38,506 bases of DNA from an uncultured Bacteroidales bacterium (GTDB taxonomy: Bacteria; Bacteroidota; Bacteroidia; Bacteroidales; UBA1715): positions 1-38,506 of the forward strand of contig CAZLCY010000003.1 of assembly GCA_964558075.1 (NCBI GenBank). The letters are read 5' to 3'. Below the pieces are notes generated by a model that had not been told where the DNA came from, ran no database searches, and saw only the letters and a program-made list of their open reading frames with translations. A program made the position numbers and the translations under genes. Shown piece by piece: positions 19,272-28,822 of this stretch (position 1 is the first letter of the stretch; each line of letters starts with the position of its first letter).

Positions 19272-20594
19272 TTACTGCGATTCAGGACCTTTTTGTATTT
19301 TTTTGTGCAATAAGTAAATAAATAAAAAGAATAATATGCTATAAATAAAGGTGAACATAATGAAAGAAAACAGAATTTGATGTTCGTTTACTGATGGTGA
19401 AATAGCATCGGCTGTTCGAAGCAAACCATACACAACCCACGGCTGACGACCCATTTCGGCAGCAATCCATCCCAGTTGATTGGCAAGTTGCGGTAATACT
19501 ACTGAAAATACAAAAATCCACAGAATCCATCGTGTATCAAATAATTTCTTTTTCCACCATAAATACATTGCGTAGAGTGTAATTCCTATAAAAAAAAGAC
19601 CCATAGCAACCATTAGGTGATACGATTGAAATACAGCATTGACTTGTGAAGGTCTGTCTTCTTTTTCGAACGCATTGAGACCGGTTACCGGTGTTGTAAA
19701 ATCAAAATTAATTAAAAATGACAGTCCCCCCGGAATCTTTATCCCACTTACTTTTTGTTCTTCGTCGTTTACCCAGCCCAATAAATATAAGTCTGCAGGA
19801 GCAAGTGTGTCGTAATGACCTTCAAGTGCTGCTAGTTTTGCCGGCTGATGTTCCGCAACAATGTTTGCAGAACTATGTCCCGAAACTAATTGTGATAAAG
19901 AAAAAACAGTAGCGATAATTAATCCAATAGGTAAAGCTTTTTTTGAGAGTGATACATGTCTTCCTTTTAACAAATAATACGCATGTACGCTCATGACCAT
20001 AAAAGCCCCTGCTAAAAAGCACCCAATCCATACATGAATTATACGGTCAACACTGGAGGGGTTAAAAACCATTGCCCAAAAATCTGTGATTTCTGCTCGT
20101 GCAGAAACACCTTCGCCAACTACATGGTAGCCAGTAGGTGTTTGTTGCCAGCTGTTTGCCACAACAATCCATACCGCAGAAAACATAGAGCCGAGAAAAA
20201 CCCCGATGGTGCTAACAAAATGTAACCATGGCTTAATCCGATTCCATCCGAACAGTAATATACCTAAGAAGGTGCTTTCTAATGCAAATGCAAACATGCC
20301 TTCAGCTGCAAGCGGACTGCCAAAAACATCACCAACAAAGCGCGCATAAGTTGCCCAGTTTGTGCCAAATTGGACTTCCATTACAATTCCTGTAGATACT
20401 CCTAATGCAAAAGTAATTGCAAATATTCGTGTCCAAAAACGTACTAATGTTTCATATTCTTTATTTTTTGTTTTCAAATATAGTCCCTCAAGTATTACCA
20501 TAACCAAACCAATACCAATACTAAGCGGCGGGAAAATGTAATGAAAACCAACAGTGACGGCAAATTGTATTCGAGCTAAAATTTCTGCATCCAT
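19272..20594 (-). CDS. cydA: Cytochrome bd ubiquinol oxidase subunit I (short Q-loop size class)
   Basis: 440 aa. MDAEILARIQFAVTVGFHYIFPPLSIG, GWIAAEMGRQPWVVYGLLRT and the GRQPW motif are typical of CydA. Confidence 0.92.
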   Translation of the reverse strand: MDAEILARIQFAVTVGFHYIFPPLSIGIGLVMVILEGLYLKTKNKEYETLVRFWTRIFAITFALGVSTGIVMEVQFGTNWATYARFVGDVFGSPLAAEGMFAFALESTFLGILLFGWNRIKPWLHFVSTIGVFLGSMFSAVWIVVANSWQQTPTGYHVVGEGVSARAEITDFWAMVFNPSSVDRIIHVWIGCFLAGAFMVMSVHAYYLLKGRHVSLSKKALPIGLIIATVFSLSQLVSGHSSANIVAEHQPAKLAALEGHYDTLAPADLYLLGWVNDEEQKVSGIKIPGGLSFLINFDFTTPVTGLNAFEKEDRPSQVNAVFQSYHLMVAMGLFFIGITLYAMYLWWKKKLFDTRWILWIFVFSVVLPQLANQLGWIAAEMGRQPWVVYGLLRTADAISPSVNEHQILFSFIMFTFIYSILFFLFIYLLHKKIQKGPESQ

Positions 20595-20601
20595 AATGTT
20601 T

Positions 20602-21801
20602 TTATTTTATTAGTTTACCCGGATATATTTCTAATGCTTCTTTTAAACATTCAACAGCAAGAGCTAATTTTTCTTTGTTGAGAACATATGCCAAGCGAAC
20701 TTGCTGTTCTCCTAATTTTTTTCCGGTATAAAACCCATTTCCGGGAGCCAACATTATGGTGGTTCCTTTATATTCAAATTCTTCGAGAAGCCATTGGCAA
20801 AATTTCTCGGCATTGTCTACGGGTAATTCAACAATTGAATAAAAAGCCCCTTTTGGCATAGGCGAATACACGCCTTTTATGGTATTTAATTCACGAATTA
20901 CAAAATCACGTCTGCTTTTGTATTCTTCAAATGCTTTGTCTAAATAATCTTGTGGTGTTTTGAGTAATGCCTCTGCAACAATTTGTCCAAGAGATGGCGG
21001 GCTGAGTCGTGCTTGTGCAAATTTTAAGGATGTTGAAATCACATCTTTGTTCCGAGAAATAAGAGCACCAATTCGTATTCCGCATACATTATATCGTTTC
21101 GAAAATGAGTCAACAAGAATCACATTGTCTTCGATTCCTGCTAAATTCATTACCGAGTAATGGTCGTTGTCGTAACAAAATTCTCTATACACTTCGTCGC
21201 ATATAAGGAATAGGTCGTTTTCTAATACAATGTCACGGATTCGTTCCAATTCATGTCGACTATACACATATCCGGTCGGATTGTTGGGGTTGCAGAGCAT
21301 TATTGCTTTTGTGCGGGGGGTAAGAACTTTTTCGAATTCTTCTATTTCCGGCAACGCAAATCCGTTCTCAATTGATGAACGAACAGGTATCATGCGAGCT
21401 CCTGTTTCTGTCGTGAAACCGTAGTAGTTTGAATAAAACGGTTCTGGTACAATAACTTCGTCTCCATAATTTAATATACTGTAATATGCAAAACAAATAG
21501 CTTCTGAGCCACCTGTGGTTATTAGTATGTCTTTGTGAGAAATATATATATCATTTGATTTATAATACTCTACTAATTCTTTTCGTAATGATAAATTACC
21601 TGCTGAATTTGAATATGAAATATAAGAATCATTAAATTGTTTTATTGATTCTATTGCATGTTTCGGTGTCATAATATCGGGTTGTCCAATATTCAGGTGT
21701 AATACATTTATTCCCCGTTGTTTAGCTTCTTCGGCATAATGTGCTAATTTTCGTATAGGTGAAGCCGGCATTCGAAAGCCTCTGTCTGATATTCTTGGCA
21801 T
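20602..21801 (-). CDS. Pyridoxal-phosphate-dependent aminotransferase, class I/II (aspartate-aminotransferase-like)
   Basis: 399 aa. Motifs: SPIRKLAHYAEEAK, NIGQPD, NPNNPTGYVY and the SFSKRYNVCGIRIG PLP-lysine motif. It ends only 7 nt before the cydA start. Confidence 0.85.
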   Translation of the reverse strand: MPRISDRGFRMPASPIRKLAHYAEEAKQRGINVLHLNIGQPDIMTPKHAIESIKQFNDSYISYSNSAGNLSLRKELVEYYKSNDIYISHKDILITTGGSEAICFAYYSILNYGDEVIVPEPFYSNYYGFTTETGARMIPVRSSIENGFALPEIEEFEKVLTPRTKAIMLCNPNNPTGYVYSRHELERIRDIVLENDLFLICDEVYREFCYDNDHYSVMNLAGIEDNVILVDSFSKRYNVCGIRIGALISRNKDVISTSLKFAQARLSPPSLGQIVAEALLKTPQDYLDKAFEEYKSRRDFVIRELNTIKGVYSPMPKGAFYSIVELPVDNAEKFCQWLLEEFEYKGTTIMLAPGNGFYTGKKLGEQQVRLAYVLNKEKLALAVECLKEALEIYPGKLIK

Positions 21802-21812
21802 ATAATAAATAA

Positions 21813-22232
21813 TTATTCAATTATAAATTTATTCTTATTTTTTGTTACAACCCCCTCTATTGTTAATACTATAGGAGAGTTTTGACTATTTGAAAAAACG
21901 GTAATTCCTCGTGAAAATTTACCGCTTCGGCGTGTGTTGTATGAAACAGAAATGTGAGCAGTGTCTCCAACGGCAATGGGATCCTTTGTCCAGTAGGGAA
22001 TTGTACAACCGCACGAACTTGTTACTTTTGTAATTTGTAGTGGAGCGGTGCCGATGTTTGTATATTGAAAAATGCATTCTGCTTTTTGAGCAAAAACAAT
22101 AGTATCGAAATTAAAATTGGTATACTCAAAACTCATTTCTGCTGTATTATTGTTTTTATCTGAATTTTCCTGACTAAATGCAAATAGAGTAAAAGATACA
22201 AAACATATGAAAAGAAATAAATACTTCATCAT
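21813..22232 (-). CDS. DUF1573 domain-containing secreted protein
   Basis: 139 aa with signal peptide MMKYLFLFICFVSFTLFAFSQ. FQYTNIGTAPLQITKVTSSCGCTIPYW matches the DUF1573 'SCGCT' core. Confidence 0.7.
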   Translation of the reverse strand: MMKYLFLFICFVSFTLFAFSQENSDKNNNTAEMSFEYTNFNFDTIVFAQKAECIFQYTNIGTAPLQITKVTSSCGCTIPYWTKDPIAVGDTAHISVSYNTRRSGKFSRGITVFSNSQNSPIVLTIEGVVTKNKNKFIIE

Positions 22233-22258
22233 TGTACAATTGTATTAATTTGTTCTTA

Positions 22259-22266
22259 CAAAATTA
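22259..22266 (-). promoter_or_regulatory. Candidate -7 promoter box (TAATTTTG on the minus strand) upstream of the DUF1573 gene
   Basis: The plus strand reads CAAAATTA, an exact TAnnTTTG match on the coding strand, 26 nt upstream of the ATG at 22232. Confidence 0.3.
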
Positions 22267-22279
22267 CATAAATAATTGA

Positions 22280-23647
22280 TTAAAGAATGATATTCATATC
22301 AAAAATAAGACGTGCGATAGAAAAATAAATAAGACCGCCAATAACGTCATTTAGGGTTGTTATAAAAGGACCTGTTGCGATTGCCGGGTCAATTTTTATT
22401 TTGTGAAGTATAAGCGGAATGAGGGTGCCAAATGCTGAGGCGAAAATTATGATAGAGAATAATGCAATACTTACCGAAAGGGTGAGTGCCAAATGTTGCC
22501 CCACTAATAAATTATATCCGAATAATGCAGAAGCACATACTGCTCCAATTAATAAACCACCAAGCAATTCTTTTAGTGTTCTGTGTGCGATTGATTCGAA
22601 TTTTAATGAGCCATTTGCAATACTCTGTACAATTATTGAGGACGACTGTACCCCAACATTTCCTCCCATCGCTACTATTAGAGGAAGAAAAAGAGCTAAG
22701 CCAGTGTATTTTTGTATATCTCCTTCAAAAACTCCAATAACGTGCGAGGCAAGTACTCCTCCTATAAGCCCAATAAATAACCAGGGTAATCGTGCTTTCG
22801 ATTGGCGGAAAATAGTGTCGTTTGCCTCAATATCTTGCGTAATACCCGATACTAACTGGTAATCTTTGTCAGATTCTTCACGTACCACATCAATAATGTC
22901 ATCCAGAGTGATTCGCCCTTTTAAGTGGTTGAAACTGTCAACTACCGGTAATACAAATAAGTCATATTTTTCCATTATTAATGCAACTTCTTCTGCGGGT
23001 GTAAAAGTTTGCACCGAAAGAACATCTTTGAAAAAAATATCTTGTACACGAACTTTTTCGTGATTTGTTATTAATTTGGTAATAGGTAATGTTCCTTCTA
23101 ATTTATTTTTGTCGTCAACAACATATGCCAATAGAATATTTTCAACCTCTTCGTGCTGTCTTCGTATTTCATGCAAACAGGTTTGAACATCCCAGTTTAT
23201 ATTTACTCGTATAAGCTCGGTAGCCATAATACCACCGGCAGTGTCTTCGTCGTAATTAAGCAGTTTGGCAACATCATATTGATGTTGACTATTCGAAAAG
23301 TTTTGTAAAATTTCGTATGCAATGTGCTTCGGAATGTTCTGAAGTATATCAACGGCATCGTCAGAATCCATGTTTTCAACCAGTTCGGTTGCAATAATGT
23401 TTGGCGGAATAACTTTAATAAGACGTTCAATCTTATCTTCTTCAATTTCTACCAGTGTTTTTGCTGCCAGTTCGGGAGGCAGTTGCAGGAAAATATAGCG
23501 AGCATCTTCGTGCGAAAGTTCTTCTAAAATATCTGCAATATCTGCCGGGTGGAGACTATGAAAAATATCCAGCAGTTCCTCATCATCTCTCGTTTCTATG
23601 AGGGTTGAAAGGTTTTGAATGTATTCTTTTGTTAATTCAAATTTCAT
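22280..23647 (-). CDS. mgtE: Magnesium transporter MgtE
   Basis: 455 aa. It has an N-domain (LHPADIADILEEL), tandem CBS domains, and a C-terminal 5-TM MgtE domain (GNVGVQSSSIIV, ATGPFITTLNDVIG). Confidence 0.92.
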   Translation of the reverse strand: MKFELTKEYIQNLSTLIETRDDEELLDIFHSLHPADIADILEELSHEDARYIFLQLPPELAAKTLVEIEEDKIERLIKVIPPNIIATELVENMDSDDAVDILQNIPKHIAYEILQNFSNSQHQYDVAKLLNYDEDTAGGIMATELIRVNINWDVQTCLHEIRRQHEEVENILLAYVVDDKNKLEGTLPITKLITNHEKVRVQDIFFKDVLSVQTFTPAEEVALIMEKYDLFVLPVVDSFNHLKGRITLDDIIDVVREESDKDYQLVSGITQDIEANDTIFRQSKARLPWLFIGLIGGVLASHVIGVFEGDIQKYTGLALFLPLIVAMGGNVGVQSSSIIVQSIANGSLKFESIAHRTLKELLGGLLIGAVCASALFGYNLLVGQHLALTLSVSIALFSIIIFASAFGTLIPLILHKIKIDPAIATGPFITTLNDVIGGLIYFSIARLIFDMNIIL

Positions 23648-23650
23648 AGC

Positions 23651-24427
23651 CTATTCTTTCGCTAATGAATGTATATAATTTGTTAAATATATAAATTCCG
23701 AAACATGTAATTGTTCCGGTCGCAAACTTCCGAAATTATTATGTAATTTTTGCCCGTTTAGTAATTTTTTTAACGAATTTGATAAAGTTTTTCTTCGTTG
23801 GTTAAATGCTGTTTTTACTACGGTAATAAATAAAGATTCATCGCAATCTAAATATAATTCTTTTTTTCGTCGGAGGGTAATAACGCCTGATTTTACTTTT
23901 GGCGGTGGATTAAATTCTTTTTCATGTACAGTAAAGTTGTATTCTGCGGTGTAGAATGCTTGGGTTATTACCGAGATTATTCCGTATTCTTTGCTGCCTT
24001 CGGGCGAACATATTCTTCGGGCTAATTCTCGCTGAAACATCCCCGTCATAAAGGGTATGTAGTGTCTGTTTTCAATAATTTTAAATACAATTTGACTTGA
24101 AATATTATAGGGAAAGTTGCCTATAATAGAAAACTGCTCGTCCTTGAAAATTTGTGTAAAATCCATACGTAAAAAATCTTCTTGGAAAATTTTTTCCTGA
24201 GGGAGAATGTTGTTTTCTATAAGATATTCTATCGATTCGGTATCAAGTTCTACCGCTTGCAATGTGCAGGGTAATTTGAGAATTTCTCGAGTAAGCTTTC
24301 CTGTTCCCGGACCTATTTCGAGCACGTTTTGAGATGCATTGCAGTCGAGTCCGTTTGCAATTTTATGTGCAATACCGGTATTGGTTAAAAAGTGTTGACC
24401 GAAATGTTTTTTGGGACGTACTCGCAT
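23651..24427 (-). CDS. rsmA: 16S rRNA (adenine1518-N6/adenine1519-N6)-dimethyltransferase
   Basis: MRVRPKKHFGQHFL..., VLEIGPGTGKLT and IGNFPYNISS are KsgA/RsmA motifs. The ATG at 24427 gives 258 aa. The track's 24472 start adds 15 residues ahead of the conserved N-terminus. Confidence 0.9.
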   Translation of the reverse strand: MRVRPKKHFGQHFLTNTGIAHKIANGLDCNASQNVLEIGPGTGKLTREILKLPCTLQAVELDTESIEYLIENNILPQEKIFQEDFLRMDFTQIFKDEQFSIIGNFPYNISSQIVFKIIENRHYIPFMTGMFQRELARRICSPEGSKEYGIISVITQAFYTAEYNFTVHEKEFNPPPKVKSGVITLRRKKELYLDCDESLFITVVKTAFNQRRKTLSNSLKKLLNGQKLHNNFGSLRPEQLHVSEFIYLTNYIHSLAKE

Positions 24428-24526
24428 TTTTTTTTGTACAAAAAAATAACTTTCCGTTGAATAATCAAGCACATTTTTGAAATAAACGTAGGAGTAATAT
24501 GTTTTTTTGTAAGGATTAAATACAAG

Positions 24527-25228
24527 TTATTCAAAAACTGTTTGTAATACTGCAAGTGATTTGATGGCACCGAAATAATGAATATGTATGCGGTAATAGT
24601 TTATAAGTGCTTCAAGCAAAATTATTTTTTCTTGTAATGGAATCGGACGGGAAAGGCTGTTGTTCATTATTTTATGTAAATTTAAACTTGTTTTCTCGTT
24701 TAAACATTCGGAATTGTGATACGAACAAAAATTGCCTGCATGCATATTAAAAAAATGATTTGTCGGTGTCCAATTATTATGTGGGGTTATTCCGAAATAT
24801 TCAGTAGTTTGCAGTAAAAATATAATGTGAAATATACCCGATACCCTGTCTGTGTGTTCTAATTTGTTTATTGTATTTAATAGATGTGTGTAGAGACCAT
24901 TATTTGTTTCTTCGGAATGAAGAGCTTTGTGAAGAAATTCACCCAAAAATTGACACATGCATGCTTTGAGTATATCAGAATAAACAGCAAAGTGCATGCT
25001 TGCAAATTCAATGTTGGTTATACGGAACAGAGACGCATTTTTTTTTCGATAAATCGAAAGGCTAACATGAGAAAAAGTTTGAAAATATGCCATTTTCGAT
25101 TGTTTGCCCCGCACATTATTCATTATATATGTGCCGGCTCCATATTCTTTGGTGAAAATGTGTGCAATAATACTTGATTCAGAGTATTTTATAGTATGTA
25201 AAACAATTCCTTCTGTTTGAGAGATCAT
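24527..25228 (-). CDS. recO: DNA repair protein RecO
   Basis: 233 aa. The N-terminal OB-fold signature is TEGIVLHTIKYSESSIIAHIFTKEYG, followed by a RecO-like helical C-terminal part. Its start overlaps the TetR stop (ATGA at 25225-25228). Confidence 0.8.
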   Translation of the reverse strand: MISQTEGIVLHTIKYSESSIIAHIFTKEYGAGTYIMNNVRGKQSKMAYFQTFSHVSLSIYRKKNASLFRITNIEFASMHFAVYSDILKACMCQFLGEFLHKALHSEETNNGLYTHLLNTINKLEHTDRVSGIFHIIFLLQTTEYFGITPHNNWTPTNHFFNMHAGNFCSYHNSECLNEKTSLNLHKIMNNSLSRPIPLQEKIILLEALINYYRIHIHYFGAIKSLAVLQTVFE

Positions 25229-25830
25229 TCTTTTGTGCCTGTAATTGATTCATAGTATAAAATTCCATTATTATTACTTACGCTATATATAAATATGCGT
25301 AAAATTTCGTGGAATAATTCTTTGGAAGAAATTGTGTTTTCAAATGATTGTTCAATGAACAAGCTTAAATGGCTGAAAATGTAAATGATTATATGAGTGT
25401 TAATGTTTTTTTTGTAGAGTTTTTGTGCTTGTCCTAATGCAATGTTTTGTTCGATAAGAAGCTGTGCGTTTTCAATGGTTTTTGTGTGCAATTCATTGAA
25501 AATGTGAGGGTATGTTGTTTGAATGTCGTGGTTGATTGCCGGTGTAAAAAATGATTGTTGTTCAAATAAAAAAGAATGAACTTCAATGAGATAATCAATT
25601 GCATTTCTCTTTTTTGATATTTGTGATTCTTGAAATTCTTGAAATTTTTCAGATACATATCCCAAAAAAAGGTGTGATATTAAATCTTCTTTATTCTTGA
25701 AATGTTTATATATAGTTTTTTTAGACATATGCATAGATGAACTTAAATCATCCATAGAAACACTTTTTATCCCGTATTTCCGAAATATTTCAAGAGCTTG
25801 AGAAAGTATTAAATTTTTTTTTGCTTCCAT
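25225..25830 (-). CDS. TetR/AcrR family transcriptional regulator
   Basis: 201 aa. The N-terminal HTH is ILSQALEIFRKYGIKSVSMDDLSSSMHMSKKTIYKHFKNKEDL. Confidence 0.85.
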   Translation of the reverse strand: MEAKKNLILSQALEIFRKYGIKSVSMDDLSSSMHMSKKTIYKHFKNKEDLISHLFLGYVSEKFQEFQESQISKKRNAIDYLIEVHSFLFEQQSFFTPAINHDIQTTYPHIFNELHTKTIENAQLLIEQNIALGQAQKLYKKNINTHIIIYIFSHLSLFIEQSFENTISSKELFHEILRIFIYSVSNNNGILYYESITGTKE

Positions 25831-25834
25831 TCAA

Positions 25835-25842
25835 CAAATATA
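25835..25842 (-). promoter_or_regulatory. Candidate -7 box (TATATTTG on the minus strand), only 4 nt from the TetR ATG, implying a leaderless or near-leaderless mRNA
   Basis: The plus strand reads CAAATATA at 25835-25842, an exact TAnnTTTG match on the coding strand. The TetR start A is at 25830. Confidence 0.3.
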
Positions 25843-25923
25843 CAAAAAAATGGTTTTTATTAAAAATAAAATTCAGGCATTAAAATTGTATCTATCTCAT
25901 ATTATTTATTTAATTTTACCATT

Positions 25924-26706
25924 ATGAAACGAATCGCAATTATTTTCGCAGTATCATTGTTTACAACATTACCTGTAGTTTCTCAAGATTCTCTTCGAGA
26001 ATTACCGAACAATGCGTATAAGGTGGGAGAAAAACTCGAGTTTTTATTATATTATGGTGTTATGGACGGAGGCAAGGCTTCTTTTACTTTACGGGAGTTT
26101 TCTGCCAAAGATACGAGGGTTATATATCATGCCAAAGCCGAAGCTAAAACTGTTGGTATTCCTCGGTTATTTATTGCTATTGATGATGTGTATGAAAGTT
26201 ATTTTAATGAGGCGGATTGTAAACCAATAAAGGCTATTAGGAATATAAAGGAAAATAATTATCGGTATTATAATGAAGTAGTATTTGATCACACCACAAA
26301 TAGAGTAAAAAGTCAAAAATCCGGAGTTGTTGATGTGCCGGAAAATATATATGACATTATTTCGAGTGTGTATTATTTACGAAGACTTGGTTTTGATGGC
26401 GTTGAAGTAAACGATACAATTGCTGTTATGACATACTTTGCCGATGAGGTTTTTGAGTACCAAATTGTTTTTAAGGGACGTGAAAAAGTAACTACGAAAT
26501 TAGGAACTTTTAATGCCTTGAAATTTCAACCCGTTGTGGAAACCGGGAGGGTATTTAAAAACGAGGATGATATGCGTTTTTGGTTAAGTGATGATATTGG
26601 ACATGTTCCCTTGCGAGTAGAGTTCGATATGTTGGTAGGTTCTTTGAAATGCGATTTGGTAAGTCATTCCGGACTTAAACAAGAAATTTCCAAAACTAAA
26701 AAATAA
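25924..26706 (+). CDS. DUF3108 domain-containing secreted protein
   Basis: 260 aa with signal peptide MKRIAIIFAVSLFTTLPVVSQ. GEKLEFLLYYGVMDGGKASFTL and the C-terminal VPLRVEFDMLVGSLKCDLV resemble DUF3108 proteins. The family name comes from memory. Confidence 0.6.
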   Translation: MKRIAIIFAVSLFTTLPVVSQDSLRELPNNAYKVGEKLEFLLYYGVMDGGKASFTLREFSAKDTRVIYHAKAEAKTVGIPRLFIAIDDVYESYFNEADCKPIKAIRNIKENNYRYYNEVVFDHTTNRVKSQKSGVVDVPENIYDIISSVYYLRRLGFDGVEVNDTIAVMTYFADEVFEYQIVFKGREKVTTKLGTFNALKFQPVVETGRVFKNEDDMRFWLSDDIGHVPLRVEFDMLVGSLKCDLVSHSGLKQEISKTKK

Positions 26707-26804
26707 TTTTTGTGTCGTATAAGTCCGCATAGTTATTATTTATTGATATAATCTGAGAGCTGAAAATTTATAATAAACAGATGTTTTTTTATTGAGTTTT
26801 TTAG

Positions 26805-26812
26805 TATTTTTG
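26805..26812 (+). promoter_or_regulatory. Candidate -7 promoter box (TATTTTTG) for efp
   Basis: Exact TAnnTTTG match, 23 nt upstream of the efp ATG at 26836. Confidence 0.35.
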
Positions 26813-26835
26813 CTCAAAACTTAAATGTAATTATT

Positions 26836-27402
26836 ATGGCAACGACAGCAGATTTTAGAAACGGATTATGTATAGAATATAATAACGATTTATATACAAT
26901 CACACAATTCCAACACGTAAAACCCGGTAAAGGAGCAGCTTTTGTGCGAACAAAATTGAAAAATGTGCAAACCGGTAAGGTACTTGATAATACTTTTAAT
27001 GCCGGGGTGAAGGTAAATGTAGCACGTATAGAGCGACGCCCACATCAATATTTATACAGTGATGATATGGGATATAATTTTATGAATAGTGAAACTTTCG
27101 ATCAAATATCATTATCGCAAGATCTTATTAATTGCCCCGAATTATTAAAAGAAGGTCAAGAAGTTGAGATTGTCGTGCATGCCGACACAGAAAATGTATT
27201 GTATGCCGAACTTCCTCAAACAGTTGTAATGGAAGTGATTTATACGGAGCCGGGTCTAAAAGGGGACACATCAAGTTCTACCGCATTAAAATCTGCAACG
27301 GTTGAAACTAATGCAGAAATTATGGTTCCTTTATTTATAAATCAAGGTGATAAAATTAAAATAAATACTGAGGAAAAATCATATGTGGAACGCGTAAAAT
27401 AA
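26836..27402 (+). CDS. efp: Elongation factor P
   Basis: 188 aa. [43 protein letters not shown] is the canonical EF-P N-terminus with the KPGKG loop. Confidence 0.95.
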   Translation: MATTADFRNGLCIEYNNDLYTITQFQHVKPGKGAAFVRTKLKNVQTGKVLDNTFNAGVKVNVARIERRPHQYLYSDDMGYNFMNSETFDQISLSQDLINCPELLKEGQEVEIVVHADTENVLYAELPQTVVMEVIYTEPGLKGDTSSSTALKSATVETNAEIMVPLFINQGDKIKINTEEKSYVERVK

Positions 27403-27424
27403 TTTGATTTTATAGGTCGATTTT

Positions 27425-27440
27425 GAACTCAAAAGAGTTC
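27425..27440 (+). terminator. Short hairpin downstream of efp (gaactc-aaaa-gagttc), a possible terminator
   Basis: A perfect 6-bp stem with a 4-nt loop, 22 nt after the efp stop. No U-tract follows, so this is weak. Confidence 0.2.
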
Positions 27441-27554
27441 GTTAGTATACCGATGTTTGATTTTTTTAAGAAAAACATTGTTTTTGAGAAAGAATAAAGC
27501 TTGTAATTTTTTTTATTGCATGCTTTTTTTTATTTTTAAAAAAAAATATTCAAG

Positions 27555-28793
27555 ATGGTATCGCAAAATGCTTCTTTACGTAAGTTAAATCTTTCAAATT
27601 TTAAGTTAAATTCTTTGCTTGATTTGACACAGGCAATTAACGAGAATCTTTCGACTGCCGGGTTGCTTGAAAAATATGAGAATATTTTATGTCATGAACT
27701 GAATATCGGTAAAATACTCGTATTTATTGAGAATGATGATTGGGAAACGATACTTCGTGTTGGTGTACCGGAGTCATATGAGAATATTCTGTATAAAGAT
27801 ATCGAGTCAGAGATGCTTAAATATGAAGAGATTACAGGCATTTCTTTTCAAATGGAATACCCTTTCGATATTTTTGATGTTATTATTCCTGTGTTTCATA
27901 AGGATGAACCTGTTGCATATGTGCTTATTGGTGATATTGACGAAGAACAACAAGGTATTAGCCCTATAATTAAGCATCTGAAATTTATTCAAACAATTAC
28001 GAATATTATAGTTGTTGCAATTGAAAATAAACGATTATATCAGGAATCTCTCGAAAAAGAAGTCTTGCGAAAGGAGTTAGAGGTTGCTTCAAAAATGCAG
28101 TCGATGCTTATTCCTTCTACTGATTCCTTACCCAAAAATCCCTACCTTAATGTTGCAACTTACTATAAACCTCATTCACAGGTTGGAGGTGACTATTATG
28201 ATTTTATGGCTTTGAATGAGCAGGAATTTGGTTTTTGTATTGCTGATGTTTCGGGAAAAGGTGTTTCTGCAGCTATTCTTATGTCGAATTTTCAAGCTAA
28301 TTTGCGGGCTTTGTTCAAAAGCAAGTTGTCTTTGATAAATATGGTTAAAGAATTGAATGAACTGGTGAATGCAAGTGCTCACGGGGAGAAATTTATCACT
28401 TTTTTTATTGCAAAATACAATGTAAAAAATAAGTCTATTCAATATATTAATGCCGGACATAATCCCCCATTGCTTTTGCATAAGGAAAAACAGTCAATGG
28501 TGTATCTTACTAACGGATGTGTGGGACTTGGCATGTTTGAGGAAATTCCAACAATTCGTGTAGGAACGGTTCATGTAAACTCAGGCGATAAGTTGGTGTG
28601 TTATACCGATGGCTTAATTGAGGCTGAAAATGATACTCTTTCCGAATTTGGTACTATTCCGTTAGAGGGTGCTATCTCTATCGAAGGTGGAATCGATGAG
28701 TCCATTCATTATTTGAATACTTCGCTTGATACTTTTCTTGATGGAAATTCTTTGGGTGATGATATTACAATTATTGGTCTCGATTTTCTTTAG
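27555..28793 (+). CDS. Cytoplasmic GAF-like sensor domain fused to a SpoIIE/PP2C (RsbU-type) phosphatase
   Basis: 412 aa with no TM segment. The N-terminal half is GAF-like (ILVFIENDDWETILRVG...PVAYVLIGDIDEE). The C-terminal half has PP2C motifs: ASKMQSMLIP, GGDYYDF, ADVSGKGVSAAILMS, NAGHNPPLL, YTDGLIEA and DDITIIG. Confidence 0.8.
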   Translation: MVSQNASLRKLNLSNFKLNSLLDLTQAINENLSTAGLLEKYENILCHELNIGKILVFIENDDWETILRVGVPESYENILYKDIESEMLKYEEITGISFQMEYPFDIFDVIIPVFHKDEPVAYVLIGDIDEEQQGISPIIKHLKFIQTITNIIVVAIENKRLYQESLEKEVLRKELEVASKMQSMLIPSTDSLPKNPYLNVATYYKPHSQVGGDYYDFMALNEQEFGFCIADVSGKGVSAAILMSNFQANLRALFKSKLSLINMVKELNELVNASAHGEKFITFFIAKYNVKNKSIQYINAGHNPPLLLHKEKQSMVYLTNGCVGLGMFEEIPTIRVGTVHVNSGDKLVCYTDGLIEAENDTLSEFGTIPLEGAISIEGGIDESIHYLNTSLDTFLDGNSLGDDITIIGLDFL

Positions 28794-28822
28794 TTTTTTT
28801 TGAATAGAAAGTCTATTTTTTC

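Noticed and set aside
22419-22862. 147-aa plus-strand ORF (and 22486-22740)
   Set aside because: It is antisense to the membrane domain of mgtE, which is confidently assigned. Long antisense ORFs are expected opposite conserved genes with few complementary stop codons.
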